Shown: positions 59,119 through 64,000 of the stretch, in pieces
Layout of the letters: each line of letters begins with the position of its first letter
Position numbering within the stretch: the first letter of the stretch is position 1
Assembly: GCA_018396535.1 (NCBI GenBank)
Contig: JAGTQC010000003.1
Coordinates: forward strand, 988-64,987
Source of the DNA: Candidatus Bathyarchaeota archaeon
Lineage (GTDB): Archaea > Thermoproteota > CALKCG01 > B24 > DRYS01
Direction of reading: 5' to 3'
Length of the DNA stretch: 64,000 bases
Made by a program: the position numbers and the translations under genes
Notes under the pieces: model-generated
The model's database searches: none
Told to the model about the DNA's origin: nothing
Seen by the model: the letters and a program-made list of their open reading frames with translations, nothing else

Positions 59119-60116
59119 GCAATCTTTTAGATGAGATAAAAGCATGTTGCGAGGTGGTAGATAGGTATATATTTGAGCTTCTAGAATCCGATAAAGATAT
59201 ACCTGTTCTCTACGAATCTAGTATCCATTTATTTAGAGCTGGTGGGAAGCGTGTAAGGCCTTTCCTAACTATGAAGTCATGTGAAGCTGTAGGAGGGGAC
59301 CCGTACATATCTATACCGTTCGCTTCAGCTATCGAAATTCTTCATACCTTCACGTTGATTCATGATGATATAATGGATGAAAGCGATACCAGGAGGGGGG
59401 TTCCTACAGTGCATACAATCTGGGGTATACCTCAAGCTATAACATCTGGAGACTATCTTTTTGCAAAGGTATTTCAAGCTATATGTAGATTCAAGGATAT
59501 CGAGAAGGTAGGCTATGATAAGATCACGAAGATAGCTGCTATGATAGCTGAAGCTATGATAGATATAGCTAAGGGTCAAACTCTAGATATGCTTCTACAA
59601 TCTAGGATGGATGTTTCAGAGGAGGAATGCCTTGAGATGATAAGATTGAAGACAGCTAGACTCTTCCAGGTATCTGCAGAGATAGGTGCTCTCATAGGTA
59701 GATGTAGTAGTGAAGAGTTCGAAGCCTTATCTAGATATGGTTTAAAAGCTGGTCTGGCATTTCAGATAGTGGACGATATATTAGGGCTGATAGGTAGTGA
59801 GGAAGAGTTAGGTAAACCAGTAGGTAGCGATCTTAGGGAGGGTAAAAAGACTTTGATAATAGTGTATAGCCTTAAGAATCTCCCACCTAAGAGTAAAGGT
59901 ATCGTTACCAGGGTTCTCGGTAGAAGGGATGCATCAGATAGTGATGTAAGAAGAGCGATCGATACACTCATACGTTATGGATGCATAGACTATGCTAGGA
60001 GTATAGCTCTAAAATTTAGGGATGAAGCTATAGAGGCTATATCTAGAATCAAGCCTAGCCCTAGTAAGAGGAGTCTTGAGGAGTTAGCAAAGCTATTCGT
60101 AGATAGGAGATTATAA
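59115..60116 (+). CDS. idsA: Geranylgeranyl diphosphate synthase (short-chain trans-polyprenyl synthase)
   Basis: First DDxxD (IHDDIMDESD) and second aspartate-rich (FQIVDDILG) motifs. Confidence 0.8.
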   Translation: MSNLLDEIKACCEVVDRYIFELLESDKDIPVLYESSIHLFRAGGKRVRPFLTMKSCEAVGGDPYISIPFASAIEILHTFTLIHDDIMDESDTRRGVPTVHTIWGIPQAITSGDYLFAKVFQAICRFKDIEKVGYDKITKIAAMIAEAMIDIAKGQTLDMLLQSRMDVSEEECLEMIRLKTARLFQVSAEIGALIGRCSSEEFEALSRYGLKAGLAFQIVDDILGLIGSEEELGKPVGSDLREGKKTLIIVYSLKNLPPKSKGIVTRVLGRRDASDSDVRRAIDTLIRYGCIDYARSIALKFRDEAIEAISRIKPSPSKRSLEELAKLFVDRRL

Positions 60117-60136
60117 TATTTGAAGGTTGATTCTCT

Positions 60137-61897
60137 ATGAGTATGGATCTTAGAGTCTTCCGAGAGGAAGTATTCAAATACGCATTGATAAACGCAGTAA
60201 AGTATAATGGTAAAGCTAGGGTTGAACCTGTGGTATCTAAATTTCTAGGTGAACATAGAGAGCTACGTAATAGGGCTAGAGAAGTAATATCTATGGTGGA
60301 GGAGGTGGTTAAGGAGGTTAATAGTCTTACATTAGCAGAACAGAAGCGTATATTGGAGGAGAAATTCCCAGAACTCTTGATGGAAGAGGAGCCTAAGAAG
60401 AGAGAATTCAAATTGCCTCCCCTACCTAATGTTGAGAAGTACTCGGTCATAGTTACAAGGTATGCTCCAAACCCGGATTTCGTACTGCATTTTGGTCAAG
60501 CTAGAGCTATATATTTAAGCCATGATTATGCTAGGATGTATAATGGTATATTCATACTTAGATTTGAGGATACGGATCCGAGAGTGAAGAAACCTAAAAT
60601 AGAATTCTACGATGCTATAAGGGAGGATTTAATCTGGTTAGGATGTAAATGGGATAAGGAGTATATCCAAAGTAAACGTCTAGAAATCTACTATAGCATA
60701 GCTAAGAAGCTTATCGATATAGGTGGAGCATATGTATGTACGTGCAATCCGGATATATTCCGCTCGTTTATCCACTCATCTAATCCATGTCCATGTAGGG
60801 ATCTCGCAGTAGAGTATCAAGCTGAAAGATTCGATAAGATGCTTGAAGGAATATACGAGGAGGGAGAAGCTGTACTTCGGGTTAAAACTGATTTATCCCA
60901 TCCCAACCCATCTGTGAGGGATTGGGTTGCATTAAGAATAATAGATACTAAAGTACATCCCCATCCCATAGTTGGTGATAAATATCATGTATGGCCGACT
61001 TACAATTTCGCAGCTGGTGTAGATGATCATCTAATGGAGATATCCCATATAATAAGAGGGAAGGAGTTCCTAGTCAGCGTGGAGAAGCAGATGTATATGT
61101 ATAGATGGTTAGGTTGGGATTATCCTGAACATATACACTACGGTAAATGGATGATGATCGGAGCCGGTACCATGTCTAAATCTAAGATGCTTAGAGATAT
61201 CCAGCTAGGATTGTATAAGAGTTGGGATGACCCACGTTTACCGACGCTAGCTGCTCTAAGACGTAGAGGTATACAACCTGAATCTATACATAGGATGATA
61301 TTAGAGCTTGGTGTAAAGCTATCTGAGGTAAGGTTTAGTTGGGAGAATCTATATGCGTATAATAGGAAGATAATCGATCCGATAGCTAGGAGATTCTTCT
61401 ATGTAGCTGATCCAATAAGATTGAGGATCAAATCGATCCCCTTAACAGAGGTTACCGCTAGGATACCATTCCATCCGAATAAGGAGGATATGGGGTATAG
61501 GGAGATAAAGGTGAAGGTTAAGGATGGTGTAGTCGAATTGTATATATCGAAGAGTGATACCGTTATCCTAGCTACGGGTAATGTTGTGAGACTTATAGGT
61601 TTATTCAATATTAACCCCATAAGCGTATCGGATAAGATAGTGGAGGCGGTATGGCATAGTAGAAGTTATGAGGAAGCTGCAAAGCTTAGAGCTAGACTCA
61701 TACACTGGGTTCCGATAGAGGAGAATGTAGCGATTAGAGTTGTTATGCCAGATGCATCGGAATCTAGTGGGTATGGGGAGAAATTATGTGAAACGATAAG
61801 TTTAGGTGAAGTTATCCAATTTGAAAGATTTGGTTTTGCTAAGTTTGATTCGAAGCTACCAGATGGTACTATGGTATTCTATTATACGCATGATTAA
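60137..61897 (+). CDS. gltX: Glutamyl-tRNA synthetase (archaeal type)
   Basis: HFGQARA (HIGH-like). MSKS at GTMSKSK. Archaeal-type C-terminal anticodon-binding domain. 586 aa. Confidence 0.85.
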   Translation: MSMDLRVFREEVFKYALINAVKYNGKARVEPVVSKFLGEHRELRNRAREVISMVEEVVKEVNSLTLAEQKRILEEKFPELLMEEEPKKREFKLPPLPNVEKYSVIVTRYAPNPDFVLHFGQARAIYLSHDYARMYNGIFILRFEDTDPRVKKPKIEFYDAIREDLIWLGCKWDKEYIQSKRLEIYYSIAKKLIDIGGAYVCTCNPDIFRSFIHSSNPCPCRDLAVEYQAERFDKMLEGIYEEGEAVLRVKTDLSHPNPSVRDWVALRIIDTKVHPHPIVGDKYHVWPTYNFAAGVDDHLMEISHIIRGKEFLVSVEKQMYMYRWLGWDYPEHIHYGKWMMIGAGTMSKSKMLRDIQLGLYKSWDDPRLPTLAALRRRGIQPESIHRMILELGVKLSEVRFSWENLYAYNRKIIDPIARRFFYVADPIRLRIKSIPLTEVTARIPFHPNKEDMGYREIKVKVKDGVVELYISKSDTVILATGNVVRLIGLFNINPISVSDKIVEAVWHSRSYEEAAKLRARLIHWVPIEENVAIRVVMPDASESSGYGEKLCETISLGEVIQFERFGFAKFDSKLPDGTMVFYYTHD

Positions 61898-62568
61898 CTT
61901 ATAAAACGGTCTAGACATGGTATTTTAGCTCTTAGCTTATCTAGGATTAATCTAAATTCTGTATCTGTTAGATTAAAGATCTCTCTCAATTCATCTAATA
62001 GTAGGTCCATCTCTTTACCTCTAGAGAGTATGATACGCTCAGCAAGCCTCCTCTCTATATATGTATCGCAGAGTATGCGTAGCAGTTCATCTAGATAACG
62101 ATATATCTCCCTCTTTAAGGCTAATAAGCTAGCCTCCACCATCCTCAACCTAGTTAGATCCCTATCCACTAATTCGGATAGTATAGATATCCTCTCTATA
62201 GCTTCCCTACAATCTTCTATACGCTTAATATTCTCGAGTTCTCCCTTCATGCCTTCCACTTCTCCACATATAGATTCTTCCAAACTTCTAATCGATATAT
62301 CGAATACTCCATCTGTAAATCCTAGATCTATGGAGAATCCTGTTTTGAGATAGTAGTATTTTCTAGGTGGACCTATACTACTATTCCTTTTAAAACTGGA
62401 TATTAATCCATAGCGTTCGAGTATATTTAGATGCTTAAGTATGGCTGGCTCACTCAGGTTTAATTCTCTAGCTAACTCTAGAAGATACTTCGGACCAACG
62501 GCTAGCGATCTCAAGATTCTAAGCCTAGTTTGGTTACCCAATACTTCTAGTAGCTCCTCGATACTCAT
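61894..62568 (-). CDS. ArsR/TrmB-like winged-helix transcriptional regulator with a C-terminal coiled-coil extension
   Basis: N-terminal LGNQTRLRILRSLAVGPKYLLELARELNLSEPAILKHLNILERYGLI HTH. Confidence 0.55.
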   Translation of the reverse strand: MSIEELLEVLGNQTRLRILRSLAVGPKYLLELARELNLSEPAILKHLNILERYGLISSFKRNSSIGPPRKYYYLKTGFSIDLGFTDGVFDISIRSLEESICGEVEGMKGELENIKRIEDCREAIERISILSELVDRDLTRLRMVEASLLALKREIYRYLDELLRILCDTYIERRLAERIILSRGKEMDLLLDELREIFNLTDTEFRLILDKLRAKIPCLDRFIS

Positions 62569-62657
62569 AACTCTAAATCCTAGTATAGTCTAGAGAAACA
62601 TTTAAATATTAACCTTTAGTTAATAACTTGGTGGAAGAAAGGAGGTGGGGTGTAGAA

Positions 62658-64000
62658 ATGTCAGCTACTCAGAAATCTAGAGAGCTACAGCTTAGAGTTG
62701 CGGAAGCGTATGCTAGAGATGTAGGGAGGGGTATAGTACGTATAGATCCTAAGGCTATGGAGGAGATAGGTCTATCTACCGGTGATGCTGTCGAGATTAT
62801 CGGTAAGAAGAGGACTGCAGCTATATGTTGGCCTACACACCCGGAGGATTATGGTAAGGGTATTATAAGAATGGATGGGTATACTAGAGCTAATGCTGAT
62901 GTATCTATAGATGATAAGGTTAGGGTTAGGAAGGTTGAGCCTAGGAGACTCTCTAAGGTAGTCTTAGCTCCTACAGAGCCGTTAAGGATTATGGGTGGTG
63001 AGGTTTATCTATCAAGAGTTCTAGAGGGTAGGGTTTTAGCTAAGAATGATACGATCCCGGTAGGTATAATGGGGCGTGAGATATCGTTTATAGTAGTTGG
63101 TATGGAGCCGTCTGCTAGGGTTGGTATAGTATCTAGGAATACTAGTATAGTTATATCGGATAGGCCGCCTAGAACATCTACATCGGGTATACCGAGGGTA
63201 ACATACGAGGATATAGGTGGTTTATCAGAGCAGATACAAAAGCTTAGAGAGATGATAGAGCTTCCGTTAAGGCATCCAGAGCTATTCGAGAGGCTAGGTG
63301 TAGAACCTCCTAAAGGTGTACTACTCTACGGTCCTCCAGGTACTGGTAAGACATTGCTAGCTAAGGCTGTAGCTAATGAGAGTGATGCATACTTCATAAG
63401 TATAAGTGGACCTGAAATTATGAGTAAGTTTTACGGTGAATCTGAAGCTAGGCTTAGAGAGATATTCAAGGAAGCTGAAGAGAATGCTCCAGCTATAATA
63501 TTCATCGATGAGATAGATTCCATAGCTCCTAAGAGGGAGGAGGTTACCGGGGAGGTTGAGAGGAGGGTTGTAGCACAGCTACTAGCATTAATGGATGGAT
63601 TGAAGAGTAGGGGTAAGGTTGTGGTTATAGGTGCTACCAACAGGCCTAACGCTCTAGATCCAGCTCTACGTAGACCTGGAAGATTCGATAGAGAGATAGA
63701 AGTCGGTGTACCAGATGAGAAGGGTAGGTTAGAGATACTACAGATACATACTAGGAATATGCCGTTAGCTGAGGATGTGGATTTGAAGAAGCTTGCGAGT
63801 ATTACTCATGGATTCGTAGGAGCTGATCTAGCAGCTTTATGTAAGGAGGCTGCTATGAGAGCTCTAAGACGAATCCTACCTGAGATAGATCTCGAAGCTG
63901 ATGAGATACCAGCTGAAATCCTAGAGAAGCTTAAGGTTACTATGAACGATTTCCTCGAAGCTTTAAACGAGATAGAGCCGTCAGCTATGAGGGAGGTATA
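62658..64000 (+). CDS. cdc48: CDC48/VAT-type AAA+ ATPase, 3'-partial; it continues beyond the window and so is absent from the ORF track
   Basis: N-domain (double-psi barrel). First AAA module GPPGTGKT...IIFIDEID...second region. A perfect SD GGAGGTG at 62641-62647, 10 nt upstream of the ATG. Confidence 0.85.
   Translation, partial: MSATQKSRELQLRVAEAYARDVGRGIVRIDPKAMEEIGLSTGDAVEIIGKKRTAAICWPTHPEDYGKGIIRMDGYTRANADVSIDDKVRVRKVEPRRLSKVVLAPTEPLRIMGGEVYLSRVLEGRVLAKNDTIPVGIMGREISFIVVGMEPSARVGIVSRNTSIVISDRPPRTSTSGIPRVTYEDIGGLSEQIQKLREMIELPLRHPELFERLGVEPPKGVLLYGPPGTGKTLLAKAVANESDAYFISISGPEIMSKFYGESEARLREIFKEAEENAPAIIFIDEIDSIAPKREEVTGEVERRVVAQLLALMDGLKSRGKVVVIGATNRPNALDPALRRPGRFDREIEVGVPDEKGRLEILQIHTRNMPLAEDVDLKKLASITHGFVGADLAALCKEAAMRALRRILPEIDLEADEIPAEILEKLKVTMNDFLEALNEIEPSAMREV

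Noticed and set aside
1-64000. CRISPR arrays, transposases/IS elements, integrases, prophage remnants
   Set aside because: I searched by eye for regularly spaced direct repeats and for transposase- or integrase-like ORFs and found none. The only tandem repeats are very short ones (38169-38202; ~53040-53060).

Overview
This window is an archaeal chromosomal segment with an AT-rich coding style but very GC-rich tRNA stems. That pattern fits a thermophile, possibly a Thermoproteales-like crenarchaeon; this is an inference, not a database result. The window holds about 65 genes on both strands and no rRNA, CRISPR array, transposase or integrase.

Recognisable housekeeping blocks:
- An RNA-polymerase and ribosomal-protein operon running rpoD, L18e, L13, S9, rpoN, enolase, S2.
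- An archaeal mevalonate and isoprenoid operon: mevalonate kinase, isopentenyl-phosphate kinase, type-2 IPP isomerase, GGPP synthase.
- MetRS, GluRS, aIF2-beta, a partial CDC48/VAT, the hydrogenase maturation genes HypF and HypE, KARI, MoaE and cob(I)alamin adenosyltransferase.
- Two tRNAs: tRNA-Ser(CGA) and tRNA-Cys(GCA).

Accessory content:
- A glycan-utilisation neighbourhood with GH127, GH4, GH51 and GH20-like genes, a PL11-like beta-propeller flanked by ThuB-like and ThuA-like genes, a sugar-phosphate isomerase and a PadR regulator.
- An oxidative-stress operon: ferritin-like protein, a small ORF, then a flavodiiron protein.
- Two radical-SAM enzymes, one with a SPASM domain, and two DUF362 proteins.

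Most notable observations:
- A translationally coupled CitG/MdcB-like triphosphoribosyl-dephospho-CoA synthase plus pol-beta nucleotidyltransferase pair, whose target protein is not apparent.
- Three genes (pdaD, a PHP phosphoesterase, metG) whose essential conserved N-termini start immediately after an in-frame stop with no AUG/GUG/UUG available. Each has an SD-like motif in front of a CUG or AUC codon.
- An orphan rSAM/SPASM maturase.
- A protein combining an ATP-cone, a nuclease-like core and an HhH domain, sitting between hypF and hypE.
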